A DNA stretch of 64,000 bases from an uncultured Acidobacteriota bacterium (GTDB lineage Bacteria > Acidobacteriota > Thermoanaerobaculia > Multivoradales > UBA5704): positions 1-64,000 of the forward strand of contig OY969474.1 in assembly GCA_963700145.1 (NCBI GenBank), in the 5' to 3' direction. The position numbers were made by a program, and so were the translations under genes. A model generated the notes under the pieces. It was not told where the DNA came from. It searched no databases and saw only the letters and a program-made list of their open reading frames with translations. How positions within the stretch are numbered: position 1 is the first letter of the stretch; each line of letters begins with the position of its first letter. Below, one piece after another: positions 55,137 to 64,000 of this stretch.

Positions 55137-56786
55137 ATGGACACGCCCTGGAACGAGGACGAGTTCCTGACCGAGCTGACCGCGGTCGTCGAGCGCTTCA
55201 ACCGCGACGGCGCGGCCAAGCTGTGCAATGAGCTGATCGCCGCGCTGCATCAGGGAGCGCTGCCGAGCGCCAAGGCGGCGAAGAAGATCCTCCAGGTCTT
55301 GCGCCGCAAATGCCACTTCGACCTGATGGAGCGGGTGACGGAGGCCCTCCGCCTCGTCGGGCTCGACGAGAACCAGATCCGCCGCCAATACGCCCAGTCG
55401 CTCATCGACCAGGGGAAGGCCGCGGCGGCCATCGACGTCCTGGAGTCGCTGATGGCGCGGACGGAAGGGAAGGACCCGGCAGAGCACGCGGAGGCGCGCG
55501 GCCTGCTCGGCCGCGTCTACAAGCAGCTCTACGTCAATGCGGTCAACGCCGACCCCGAAGCCAGGCGCTCGCGGCTGAGCCAGCTCAACCTGCAGCGGGC
55601 GGTGAACGCCTACCACGAGGTCTACCTGTCGGGCCCGGCCGATCACCTGTGGCACGGCATCAACACGGTGGCGCTGGTCTTCCGCGCGCGGAGGGACGGC
55701 GTGCAGCTCGATCCGGAGCCGGACGCCGAGACGATCGCCCGGGAGATCCTGGCGGCGCTCGAGGCGCGCAAGGAGCAGGGGGCGATCGGCTACTGGGACA
55801 TGGCCACGGCGGCGGAGGCGAGCGTGGCGCTCGCGGATTTCGGCAAGGCGCTGCTCTGGGTCGCGGAATACGTGCAGCAGGCCGACGCCGACGCCTTCGA
55901 GCTGTCGAGCACCGAACGCCAGCTGCGGGAGGTCTGGGGGCTGACCGTCGAGAAGCCGCCCGGCTCTCTCCTCCTCCCGTTGCTCCAGGCCCACATCCTT
56001 CAGCGCAAGGGCGGCCGGGTCGAGGTGCCGCAAGGGAGCCTGGGCGCGACGATAGAGCGCGCCGGCGACCTACGGCTGGAGAAGGTCCTCGGCAGCGAGG
56101 GATTCATGACCCTGAAGGCGTACCGGGAGGGGCTGGAGCGCTGCCGGCTCGTCGCGCAGGTGAAGACGCGGACGGACGAGGGCTTCGGCACCGGGTTCCT
56201 GATCCGCGGCAAGGACCTCGACGATCGGTTCGGCGACGAGCTTCTCGTGCTGACCAATGCCCACGTGGTCAGCGATGATCCGGCCGTCCGGGCCGCCAAG
56301 GGCTCGCTGCCGGCCGAAGATGCCGTCGTCGTGTTCGAAGCCCTGGAGTCGGCCGCCGATCAGGAGTATCAGGTCTCGCTCCTGTGGTCCTCTCCTCCCG
56401 ACGAGCTGGATGCGACGCTGCTGCGGATCGATCCGCCGATCACCGGCCTGACGCCCTATCCGGTCGCGAAGAACCTCCCGCTGGGTGACGGCAAGCAGAA
56501 GGTCTACGTCATCGGCCATCCCGGCGGTCGTTCGCTCTCCCTCTCGCTCAACGACAACCTGCTGCTCGACTACGACGACCGGCTGCTGCACTACCGTGCT
56601 CCCACCGAAGGGGGCAGCTCGGGAAGCCCGGTCTTCAACAACCAGTGGAAACTGATCGGTCTCCACCACGCCGGAGGCTTCGGCCTGCAGCGCTTGAACG
56701 GCAAGGAGGGGACCTACGACGCCAACGAGGGCATCCAGATCCAGAAGATCATCGTCGCGATAAAAGAGGCGGCGATCGGCGGCTGA
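55137..56786 (+). CDS. Helical TPR-S/DUF4071-like domain fused to trypsin-like serine peptidase
   Basis: GLLGRVYKQ, GIN, YWDMAT..EA; GTGFL, TNAHV, LDATLL, IGHP.G, GGSSGSPVFN..W.LIGLHH. Confidence 0.85.
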   Translation: MDTPWNEDEFLTELTAVVERFNRDGAAKLCNELIAALHQGALPSAKAAKKILQVLRRKCHFDLMERVTEALRLVGLDENQIRRQYAQSLIDQGKAAAAIDVLESLMARTEGKDPAEHAEARGLLGRVYKQLYVNAVNADPEARRSRLSQLNLQRAVNAYHEVYLSGPADHLWHGINTVALVFRARRDGVQLDPEPDAETIAREILAALEARKEQGAIGYWDMATAAEASVALADFGKALLWVAEYVQQADADAFELSSTERQLREVWGLTVEKPPGSLLLPLLQAHILQRKGGRVEVPQGSLGATIERAGDLRLEKVLGSEGFMTLKAYREGLERCRLVAQVKTRTDEGFGTGFLIRGKDLDDRFGDELLVLTNAHVVSDDPAVRAAKGSLPAEDAVVVFEALESAADQEYQVSLLWSSPPDELDATLLRIDPPITGLTPYPVAKNLPLGDGKQKVYVIGHPGGRSLSLSLNDNLLLDYDDRLLHYRAPTEGGSSGSPVFNNQWKLIGLHHAGGFGLQRLNGKEGTYDANEGIQIQKIIVAIKEAAIGG

Positions 56787-56793
56787 GCCCGGG

Positions 56794-58136
56794 TCACTTC
56801 GGCCAGCCGGCCAGCTCCTCCTCGGCCTCCTTGGCCCACGGCACCTCGTCGCCTCGCCTCTCCCGCGCCTCGCGGATGAGGCGCAGGTTGCGTACCGTGG
56901 TCTCCGGCTCCCAGGTCTCGCGGACGTTGGCCAGCGCGTCGCCCAGGGCCTGGACGGCCTTCTCCTCGTCCTTGCCCAGGACCGCCAGCTCGAGGCGCGT
57001 CGCGTAGTCCCAGTAGTCGGGCTGGCCGGCGGCGATCTTCCGCTCGACGGCGTAGGCGACGACGGGGAGGAGCTCTCCGCGGCGGGGGTCGGGCGGCTCC
57101 TTGAGCTCCATCAGGGTGACGGCGTTGATGCCGGGGTAGGCGTCGCGCCAGTCGGCCTCGAAGCCCTTCCGATAGGCGTCGATCGCCTTGTCGAGCAGGC
57201 CGCGGGCGGCGATCGCCTTGCCGGCCTTCGCGGCGGCCTCCCAGCGGTCCTTGTAGACGCGGCCGAGGATGCCGTAGGTCTCGCTGCTCGGGCCGCGCGT
57301 CGCGATCAGGTCGAGCAGCGACCTGCTCCGCCTCCTCGCCCCGCCCGGCCCGGTTCAGGGCCAGGCCGAGCTGCTCCTGGACCATGACGGTCACGGCGAG
57401 CGGCTGCGGCATCTGCTCGACGAGCTCGATCATGTCGTCCCAGGCCTTGACCGCCCGGTAGGAGAGGAGGAGGTCGACGACGACGCCCGACTCGACGCTC
57501 GTCAGGTCCCCCATCTCCGCTTCGGCGGCGCGCAGCGGCCTCGGCGCCCTCTCGCGCGCGCGGCGGCGAGCTTCCTCTTCTGCTCCTCGGAGTAGCGGAC
57601 GCGCTCGCGGAAGACATCGGTCTTCGTGTGATCGATGTCGGGATAGCTCTCGACGAGCTGATAGATCGGGCTGTCGTGCGCGGCGTCCTTGCTCGCCGCC
57701 TCGCGGGCCTGGGCGAGGCGCTCGGCGAGCGCCGCGCGCGCGGCCTCCAGGTCCGCGGGCTTCCCCTCGGCGTCAGCGTGTAGGGCATGGCGCGCAGGGG
57801 AGCGACGTCGAAGGGGAGCTGGCTGCCGCCCTCGGAGAAGATCAGGACGGTGCTCCAGGGGCGCACCGCGTGGCGCACGCCCAGTTCGTAGAAGACGTTG
57901 GCGTTCGCCGTCGTCAGGTCGGCCACCGCGAACTTGCAGAAGATCAGCCGCTCGAACATCGGCTTGTGGATGATGCCGCCGGTCATCTCCTCGTCGGCGC
58001 GGATCGGCTCGAGCCCGGCCTCGCGGATCGCCGGTGCGATCAGCTCCTGGTAGACGGCGTCGAAGTCCACCGGCGCGCCGGACACGTCGGGTTTCTTGCC
58101 GAACGGCATGAGGACGAAACAGAGGTCGTTGGGCAT
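56794..58136 (-). pseudogene. DUF4071 / MAP3K TRAF-binding-like protein with N-terminal nucleoside-deoxyribosyltransferase-like domain, frameshifted as sequenced
   Basis: CFVLMPFGKK, ADLTTANANVFYELGVRHA, LPFDV; LLSYRAVKAWDDMI; ETYGILGRVYKD, YPGINAVTL, DYWDYAT, WEPETT..NL. Confidence 0.82.
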
Positions 58137-58171
58137 GTGTGAGATCCCCGGCGTGTCCGCGGCTCCGCGCT

Positions 58172-59518
58172 TTACTCCACCTTCCTCGCCTCGGTGGCGA
58201 GGTGGCTCTGGCGCAGGACGAGGTGCGTCACCGCTCCGCCTGCGCCCTTGACGAACGCAAGCTCGCTGTCCGGGTCGCGGGTGAAGAACGTGGACTCGGA
58301 CGCGGCAAAGAGCTCCCGGCGCGGGCCGCTTCCCGTCTGCGCCCAGAGCTTGCCGTCCTCGCGGGAGACCACGAGCCGGACGTTCGGCCTCAGCTCGTAG
58401 CTGCCGACGTAGGCGTCGAAGGCCTCGGGGGCGATCGGCACGGCGGTGTGCTCGACGGGCGCGAGCTCGGGGTCGTAGAGGGCGGCGACGCCGTTGGTGA
58501 TGGCGGCCGGGTCGGCCTGCGCCAGGTTGGTGAGCACGATGACGGTCAGCTTCTTGTCGACGAAGCGCACGATGTCGGCGGCGAAGCCTTGCCAGCCGCC
58601 GCCGTGCCGCACGACGCGGTGGCCGCGGACCTCGCCCACCATCCAGCCGAAGCCGTAGCCGAACGACGCGGGGCTGCCGTCGGCGAGCCTGGCCGGCGTC
58701 CAGGTCAGGTCGAGCGTGGCGCGGTCGAGGAGCTTCTCTGTGTAGAGCCCGGCGTCCCACCGCGCGAGGTCGAGCACGGTCAGGTAGAGCGCGCCGTCGG
58801 CGGTCGTGTTGAGCACCGGGGAGACCCACTCCTGGTTCTTGAGCTCGCCGTCGACGAGCCGGTAGCCGGCGGCGCGGTTGGGCACGATGGCGGCCTCGTC
58901 GATGATGCGCGCGGTCGCCATGCCGAGCGGCGCGAAGACCCGCTCGCGGAGGAGGTCGCCGTAGAACTTGCCGGTCACCCTGCGCACGAGGACTCCGAGC
59001 ATCACGTAGCCCGGGTTGCTGTAGCTCCACCGCGTGCCGGGCGCGAAATCGAGCGGCAGCGCCGCGATCTCCTTGACCAGCTCGTCCTCGGTGTAGTCCC
59101 GGCGCATGTCGAGCTCGTCGTAGAGCGCGTTCGAGAGGCCCGAGGTGTGCGTCAGCAGGTGGCGCACCGTGATGTCGCGCCAGGTTTCCGGCGCCTCGGC
59201 GACGTGCTTGCCGATGCGGTCGTCGAGGCTCAGCTTGCCGTCCTCGACGAGCATCATCACGAGCGCGGCCGTGAACTGCTTGCCGACCGATCCGGACTGA
59301 TAGATCGTTTCCGGACGCGCCGGAACGCCGAGCTCGACGTTCGCGAGTCCGTAGCCTTGGGCCTTGACGACCCCTCCGTCGCGCACGACGGCAAGCGAGA
59401 GGCCGGGGATCTTCTGGCGCTGCATCTCGGCCGCGACGAAGGCGTCGACCTCCGCGGCGGCCGCCGGCGCCGTCAGCGCGGCGAGGAGGAGGGGAACCAG
59501 GGCTCGTGGGTTCCTCAT
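58172..59518 (-). CDS. Serine hydrolase, beta-lactamase (AmpC-like) family with DUF3471-like C-terminus
   Basis: Signal peptide; GSVGKQF (SxxK), LLTHTSG, YSN, HGG; YVGSY C-terminal domain. Confidence 0.9.
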   Translation of the reverse strand: MRNPRALVPLLLAALTAPAAAAEVDAFVAAEMQRQKIPGLSLAVVRDGGVVKAQGYGLANVELGVPARPETIYQSGSVGKQFTAALVMMLVEDGKLSLDDRIGKHVAEAPETWRDITVRHLLTHTSGLSNALYDELDMRRDYTEDELVKEIAALPLDFAPGTRWSYSNPGYVMLGVLVRRVTGKFYGDLLRERVFAPLGMATARIIDEAAIVPNRAAGYRLVDGELKNQEWVSPVLNTTADGALYLTVLDLARWDAGLYTEKLLDRATLDLTWTPARLADGSPASFGYGFGWMVGEVRGHRVVRHGGGWQGFAADIVRFVDKKLTVIVLTNLAQADPAAITNGVAALYDPELAPVEHTAVPIAPEAFDAYVGSYELRPNVRLVVSREDGKLWAQTGSGPRRELFAASESTFFTRDPDSELAFVKGAGGAVTHLVLRQSHLATEARKVE

Positions 59519-59574
59519 CGCGGCGGATTGTAACTTCGAGCTAAGCTTCTATCTCATTCTCTAAGGAGAGGCTC

Positions 59575-60819
59575 ATGCGCGATCGTCGTTTCCCGTCGTC
59601 GTCGTCATCCGTCTCCGCCGTCTTCGCCGTTGCCGCGCTGTTGTTCGCCGCCACCTCGGCCGCCGCCTCCGGGCCTTACTCGGTCACGGCGACAAGCACG
59701 AGCCAGGTCGGCCCTCTCGTCCGGACCGAGTTTCTCGTGCAGGCCGGCGCCCATCCCCTGGACCGCTTCAAGATGGTCCGGCTGGCGAAGGACGTGCCGC
59801 CGCACGTGCTCGCCGGCTCGATCCTCTTCCTGCCGCCGCTCGGCCTCACCTTTAGCTTCTACGAGCAGCGCGACGAGTCCGGCGGGATGGGAAGCTCGAT
59901 CGCCGAGTTCTTCGCCCTGCGCAACTTCGACGTCTACGGCTACTCGCCTCGCTTCGCGGACATCCCGGCCGGCACCTGCGAGGCCGGTCTGCTCGACTGC
60001 TCGGTGATGGCGGACTGGAACCTCCAGTCGATGGTGGACGACATCGCCTTCGTCCGCGCGCAGATCGAGCAGCTCCATCCGGGGACGAAGATCGTCGCCG
60101 GCGGCGCTTCGCTCGGCGGCATCCTCGCCCTCGCCGTCGCCAACGCCCAGCCCGCCGACTACGACGGCATCCTGCCCTGGGAGGGGATGCTGGCGAGCCC
60201 CGACCCGGTGGTGCAGGGGCTCAACCAGCTCTACTGCGCCGCGCTCGAGGTGCAGATCGCCGGCGGCGGCGTGGTGGACGGCGTCTCGACCAACGTCTTC
60301 AAGGCGGTGACCAAGCAGGCGGAGCTGGCGCCTTCGGGGTCGAACGCCATTCCGCTCTTCCCCTCCACCCTGACCGCCCATCAGGTGATGGTGCTGCTGC
60401 TCGCCGTCACCGCGCCCGGGCCGGTCACCATGCCGGTGCCCAACTACGTGCAGATGAACGGCAGCTTCGCCGAGGACCGCCTGTTCTTCGCCGACGAGGC
60501 GCGGGTGTTCGAGAACGTCGGCCGCTTCAACAGCTACGTGCCGGTGCCGGTGGTGCGCGACGTCTCGTGCTCGCTGGCCGGCGTGGAGACCGCCTACGTC
60601 TCCAACCTCGGCAGCTACACCGGCTCGGTCCTCGCCATCGGCGGCGGCCGAGGCTTCGGCCCGTTCATGGCCGCGCAGCTCGCGATGCTCGGCTCGACCG
60701 ACGTCACCTTCCTCCTCGAGCCGGAGTTCGGCCACATCGACCACTTCATGACCGCCCGGCACCGGGAGTTCGTCGAGCACCCGATCCTCGCCTGGGCGGG
60801 GCGGGTGCTCCAGGAGTGA
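59575..60819 (+). CDS. Secreted alpha/beta hydrolase
   Basis: AAGGAG RBS; signal peptide; GASLGG nucleophile elbow; FGHID. Confidence 0.75.
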   Translation: MRDRRFPSSSSSVSAVFAVAALLFAATSAAASGPYSVTATSTSQVGPLVRTEFLVQAGAHPLDRFKMVRLAKDVPPHVLAGSILFLPPLGLTFSFYEQRDESGGMGSSIAEFFALRNFDVYGYSPRFADIPAGTCEAGLLDCSVMADWNLQSMVDDIAFVRAQIEQLHPGTKIVAGGASLGGILALAVANAQPADYDGILPWEGMLASPDPVVQGLNQLYCAALEVQIAGGGVVDGVSTNVFKAVTKQAELAPSGSNAIPLFPSTLTAHQVMVLLLAVTAPGPVTMPVPNYVQMNGSFAEDRLFFADEARVFENVGRFNSYVPVPVVRDVSCSLAGVETAYVSNLGSYTGSVLAIGGGRGFGPFMAAQLAMLGSTDVTFLLEPEFGHIDHFMTARHREFVEHPILAWAGRVLQE

Positions 60820-60841
60820 CCTCGCGGGGGCACGCGCCTGC

Positions 60842-60870
60842 TTGACCAGGCCATACGGCAGAGCCATACT
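60842..60870 (+). promoter_or_regulatory. Sigma70 promoter of vapBC, probably leaderless
   Basis: TTGACC-N17-CATACT, ATG 7 nt downstream. Confidence 0.55.
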
Positions 60871-60877
60871 CATGCAT

Positions 60878-61093
60878 ATGAGAACGACCCTGATCCTCGA
60901 CGACGAGCTGCTCGACAAGGCGAGCCGGCTGGCCGGCCTCGCGGGGAAGACCGCGACGGTCCACGCCGGGCTGGAGGCGTTGATCGCGCGCGAGAGCGCT
61001 CGGCGGCTGGCCGCGCTCGGCGGCACGGAGAAGGCCCTGCGCCCCATCCGCCGCCGGCGGCCCGCGCCGCGCCGGCCGGCGGCGAAGCGGTGA
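60878..61093 (+). CDS. vapB: VapB antitoxin
   Basis: MRTTLILDDELL..A..L.G...KT..V..GL.ALI.RE.ARRLA.LGG. Confidence 0.88.
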   Translation: MRTTLILDDELLDKASRLAGLAGKTATVHAGLEALIARESARRLAALGGTEKALRPIRRRRPAPRRPAAKR

Positions 61094-61461
61094 TTCTCGT
61101 CGACACCTCGGTGTGGGTCGATCACCTGCGCAACGGCAGCCCGCGCCTGGCGGCGCTGCTCGCCGAGGGCCAGGTGCTAAGGCACCCCTTCGTGCTCGGC
61201 GAGCTGGCCCTCGGCCACCTCCGGCGCCGCCGCGAGGTCCTGGCGCTCCTGGCCGACCTGCCCGCGGCCGGCGCCGCCGACCACGACGAGGTGCTCGCCT
61301 TTGTCGAGCGCCACGCCCTCGCCGGCGGCGGGATCGGCTGGGTCGACGCCCACTTGCTCGCCGCCGCGGCCCTCGGCGGCGATTCGCTGTGGACCCTCGA
61401 TCGGCGCCTGGCGGCGCTGAGCGAGAAGCTGGGCGTGGCGGCCGGGCACGGCCGCCACTAG
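61090..61461 (+). CDS. vapC: VapC PIN-domain toxin
   Basis: MILVDTSVWVDHL, HPFVLGEL, GIGWVDAHLL, LWTLDRRL; GTGA overlap. Confidence 0.9.
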   Translation: MILVDTSVWVDHLRNGSPRLAALLAEGQVLRHPFVLGELALGHLRRRREVLALLADLPAAGAADHDEVLAFVERHALAGGGIGWVDAHLLAAAALGGDSLWTLDRRLAALSEKLGVAAGHGRH

Positions 61462-62399
61462 TCCGGCAGCTTGATCACGAGGCTGCGGAACCCGTCGGGC
61501 TTGAAACAGAAGGCGCCTTCGTCGCTGAGGACCATGAGGTCGGAGGGCGCCGCCAAGAAGGCGGCCTCTGGAATCAGTCCCGCGAAGTTGGCGCTGGCGA
61601 TCGGTTCCGGCGGGTCGTTTGATTGTCCGGACCAGCGATACGCCTGAAACCGCCCACTGTCGTCCGTCGAGCCGGCGATGATCACGTAAGCCTCGCCGGC
61701 GGGCCAAAACTCCAAGCTGCGGATGCCCAGCCCGTTGAGATCGAGCTCGACAGGAGCGCCGAAGGAGGCCGGCGCGCCGTCCAGGACCGCTCGCGGATTG
61801 TTGAGCGTCACGATCAGCGCCTTCCCCTCTCTGGTTGGGTTGCGGAATCCGATCAGCAGCTTCCCGTCGGGACTCGCACCGAGGCCCTCGATGTTGAGCC
61901 CGCCGGGCTCTTCGGGCGCGAGCTCAGACGCGCACGCGAGCTTGAAGGCGTTGAACCGCTCGTCGCGCTGGAGATCGGCGAGGAGTGTTGTATAGGGTCT
62001 TCCCACGGCCTCAGCGGAGAAGGTGCCGTCGCGCGGTGCGACGCGTAGCGCGAAGAGCCGATGGCGTTCGGGCTGCTCTTCGCCGTTGCGATTCCTGCTG
62101 TGCGAGCCGATCCAGTAGAGGTCGTCTCCGATGCGGGCGGCCCCCTCCATGTCTTCCGTTTCGAAGCCAGCCGGCAGCGGGAGGTCCTGGGGCTTGTCGG
62201 GCTGTTCCTGGCTTAGCACGAACAGCTTTTTCTGCTTCTCGTCGTCGGCGAGCACAAACGTGCTGGAAGCAAGCGCGACGGCGGCCGAAGGCTCGCACGC
62301 TCCGCGATAGAGGACGGGCCGGGGCTTGGGAGCCTGCGCCGAGGCGGCGGTGCAGAAGGCGACGGCGAGCGTTAGGCTGCGGACGATGGGGGGCCTCAT
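61458..62399 (-). CDS. Exported DUF3616-like beta-propeller protein
   Basis: AAGGAG RBS; signal peptide; CEPSA, ADDE, D.EG, YWIGSHSR, LNIEGL, IGFRNP. Confidence 0.78.
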   Translation of the reverse strand: MRPPIVRSLTLAVAFCTAASAQAPKPRPVLYRGACEPSAAVALASSTFVLADDEKQKKLFVLSQEQPDKPQDLPLPAGFETEDMEGAARIGDDLYWIGSHSRNRNGEEQPERHRLFALRVAPRDGTFSAEAVGRPYTTLLADLQRDERFNAFKLACASELAPEEPGGLNIEGLGASPDGKLLIGFRNPTREGKALIVTLNNPRAVLDGAPASFGAPVELDLNGLGIRSLEFWPAGEAYVIIAGSTDDSGRFQAYRWSGQSNDPPEPIASANFAGLIPEAAFLAAPSDLMVLSDEGAFCFKPDGFRSLVIKLPD

Positions 62400-62467
62400 G
62401 CGTGCTCCTTTCGTGCGGGACAAGAATTTCCTCACCGTGAAGTGACGGACGCTCTCTGCCCTTTCCC

Positions 62468-62983
62468 ATGGCCCGCTCGGCTCCGTCGCATCTCTCCCTC
62501 ACCGCCGCCACCCCCGACGACGTCCCGGCGATCGCTGCGCTGCGGACGGCGGTCGCCGAGCGGCTGACGCGCGAGTACGGCCCGGGACACTGGTCGCCCG
62601 CGGTGTCCGAGCGGGGCGTCCTCCACGGGATGCGCACGTCGCGGGTGCTCGTGGCGCGGGACGGCGGGCGCATCGTCGCCGCGCTGCGGCTGGCGACGAA
62701 GAAGCCGTGGGCCATCGACCCGACGTACTTCACCGCCTGCGGGCGGGCGCTCTACCTGACCGACATGGCGGTCGCGCCGGACGTGCAGCGCCGCGGGATC
62801 GGGCGCCGCTGTCTCGAGGAGGCCCGCCGGCTGGCGCGCGAGTGGCCGGCCGGTGCGATCCGGCTCGACGCCTACGACGCGCCCGCCGGCGCCGGCGGCT
62901 TTTACGCGCGCTGCGGCTTCCGCGAGGTCGGGCGCGTCACGTACCGCAAGACGCTGTTGATCTACTACGAGCTGCTCGTGTAG
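62468..62983 (+). CDS. GNAT family N-acetyltransferase
   Basis: MAVAPDVQRRGIG and FY.RCGF motifs. Confidence 0.88.
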   Translation: MARSAPSHLSLTAATPDDVPAIAALRTAVAERLTREYGPGHWSPAVSERGVLHGMRTSRVLVARDGGRIVAALRLATKKPWAIDPTYFTACGRALYLTDMAVAPDVQRRGIGRRCLEEARRLAREWPAGAIRLDAYDAPAGAGGFYARCGFREVGRVTYRKTLLIYYELLV

Positions 62984-63477
62984 CGCGCGGTCCAATACCG
63001 GGCGACGACCCGCTCGGCGATCGGGTCGCAGACCTCCGGCCAGGCCGGTCCCTCCCAGCGGACCGCGCGCGCCTCGGCGGCGGCATCGGCCGGGAGGTAC
63101 GGGAGAATGGACACGGCGCCGCCGCGTGGATCGCGGGCGCCGAAGACGACGCCGCCGATCCGGTGCAGGACGAGGGCGCCGAAGCACATCAGGCAGGGCT
63201 CCAGCGTGCAGTAGCAGGTCATCTCGGCGAGGTGCGGCACGAGCGGTTCGGGAATCGCCGCGAGGGCGAGCACTTCGGCGTGCCGCCCGGGATGGGCGGC
63301 GGGCTGGAGGGTGCGCGCCGCGGCCGCCGCCACGATCTCGTCACTGAGCGCGATGACCGCGGCGACCGGCAGGTTGCCGCCGCGCTCCGCCGCGAGGGCT
63401 AGCTCGACGGCGTGCTGCAGGAAGCGGGCTGCGGCCGCGGTGAGGCCGGCGGCCGGTCCGCTCAGCGTCTGGGCCAT
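62965..63477 (-). CDS. Nucleoside/tRNA deaminase (TadA/CDA family)
   Basis: HAE and TLEPCLMC zinc motifs; VFGA.DP..G. Confidence 0.88.
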   Translation of the reverse strand: MAQTLSGPAAGLTAAAARFLQHAVELALAAERGGNLPVAAVIALSDEIVAAAAARTLQPAAHPGRHAEVLALAAIPEPLVPHLAEMTCYCTLEPCLMCFGALVLHRIGGVVFGARDPRGGAVSILPYLPADAAAEARAVRWEGPAWPEVCDPIAERVVARYWTARYTSSS

Positions 63478-63520
63478 CGCGGCGGAGTGTAGACGAGGCG
63501 CGACGCGCCCTGAGCGCCGA

Positions 63521-64000
63521 TCAGCGCACCTCCACGCGCAGCCCGATCCGCAGGGTGCGCGGCTCCTGCAGCTCGTCGGCTTGGCCGCCGCGGGTGACGC
63601 CGAGGTCGAGCTCGCGAGCGACGACGGCGCCGTCGTCGAGGAGGTTGGAGCCTTCGAGGCTCAGGGTCAGCAGGGCGTCGCCGATCTCGACTTCCTTGGA
63701 CAGGCGGCCGTCGAGCGTGACGACCTCGCCGGTGCGGAGGGCGTCGGGGCGCTCGGTGAGCTGGACGCGCGCGATGCCGGCCCGCTCGCGGGCGATCCGG
63801 CGGTAGTAGGGAAGAGGGTCGCCGTCGCGGCCGCGCAAGGTCGCCGCGACGTAGACGCCGCGCGGCAGATCGACCAGGCCGCTCGTCTGGAACGTCCAGC
63901 GCGCCGACCGGAAGGACGGCGTCTCGTGCGGCCGGCCGCTGTCCACCGCCGTCACCGGCTGGCCGGCGTCGTCGTCGCCGCCGAGGGCGTTCGTCGGGTC
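63521..64000 (-). CDS. C-terminal fragment of a probable TonB-dependent/Oar-like outer membrane protein
   Basis: Frame open to window end; LDGRLSK, L.L.GSNLL, terminal PRTLRIGLRVEV strand. Confidence 0.6.
   Translation of the reverse strand, partial: DPTNALGGDDDAGQPVTAVDSGRPHETPSFRSARWTFQTSGLVDLPRGVYVAATLRGRDGDPLPYYRRIARERAGIARVQLTERPDALRTGEVVTLDGRLSKEVEIGDALLTLSLEGSNLLDDGAVVARELDLGVTRGGQADELQEPRTLRIGLRVEVR

Noticed and set aside
58172-59518. Antibiotic-resistance beta-lactamase
   Set aside because: HGG in place of KTG and a DUF3471-like tail fit generic serine hydrolases or peptidases.

Overview
High-GC bacterial DNA. The MacB/FtsX-type permease, a PCRLVDTR C-terminal domain and an FWFF..N.E.VVKV.DAC domain suggest Acidobacteriota, probably Thermoanaerobaculia (inference). 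A housekeeping backbone (polyprenyl synthase, LolA-like, purH, TusA, Ku, tRNA-Phe) is interleaved with accessory conflict DNA: (1) two separate SIR2-family plus membrane-anchored nSTAND1 NTPase pairs; (2) a 14.4-kb three-gene operon (1519-aa FN3-like protein, lower-GC HEXXH metallopeptidase, 2970-aa beta-rich/lectin/propeller protein) with no signal peptides and a Cys-rich domain shared by the two giants; (3) a non-coding array of 8 degenerate 22-bp repeats at roughly 21-bp-multiple spacing between an XRE gene and ku; (4) a tRNA-Phe-adjacent cluster with MNT/HEPN modules, a type III R-M system and orphan antitoxins; (5) a trypsin-endonuclease / alpha-beta hydrolase / helical-repeat-trypsin operon facing a DUF4071-like gene. 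Three accessory stretches carry dense single-base indels, which may be sequencing error or decay. All family assignments come from motifs read by eye; no searches were run.
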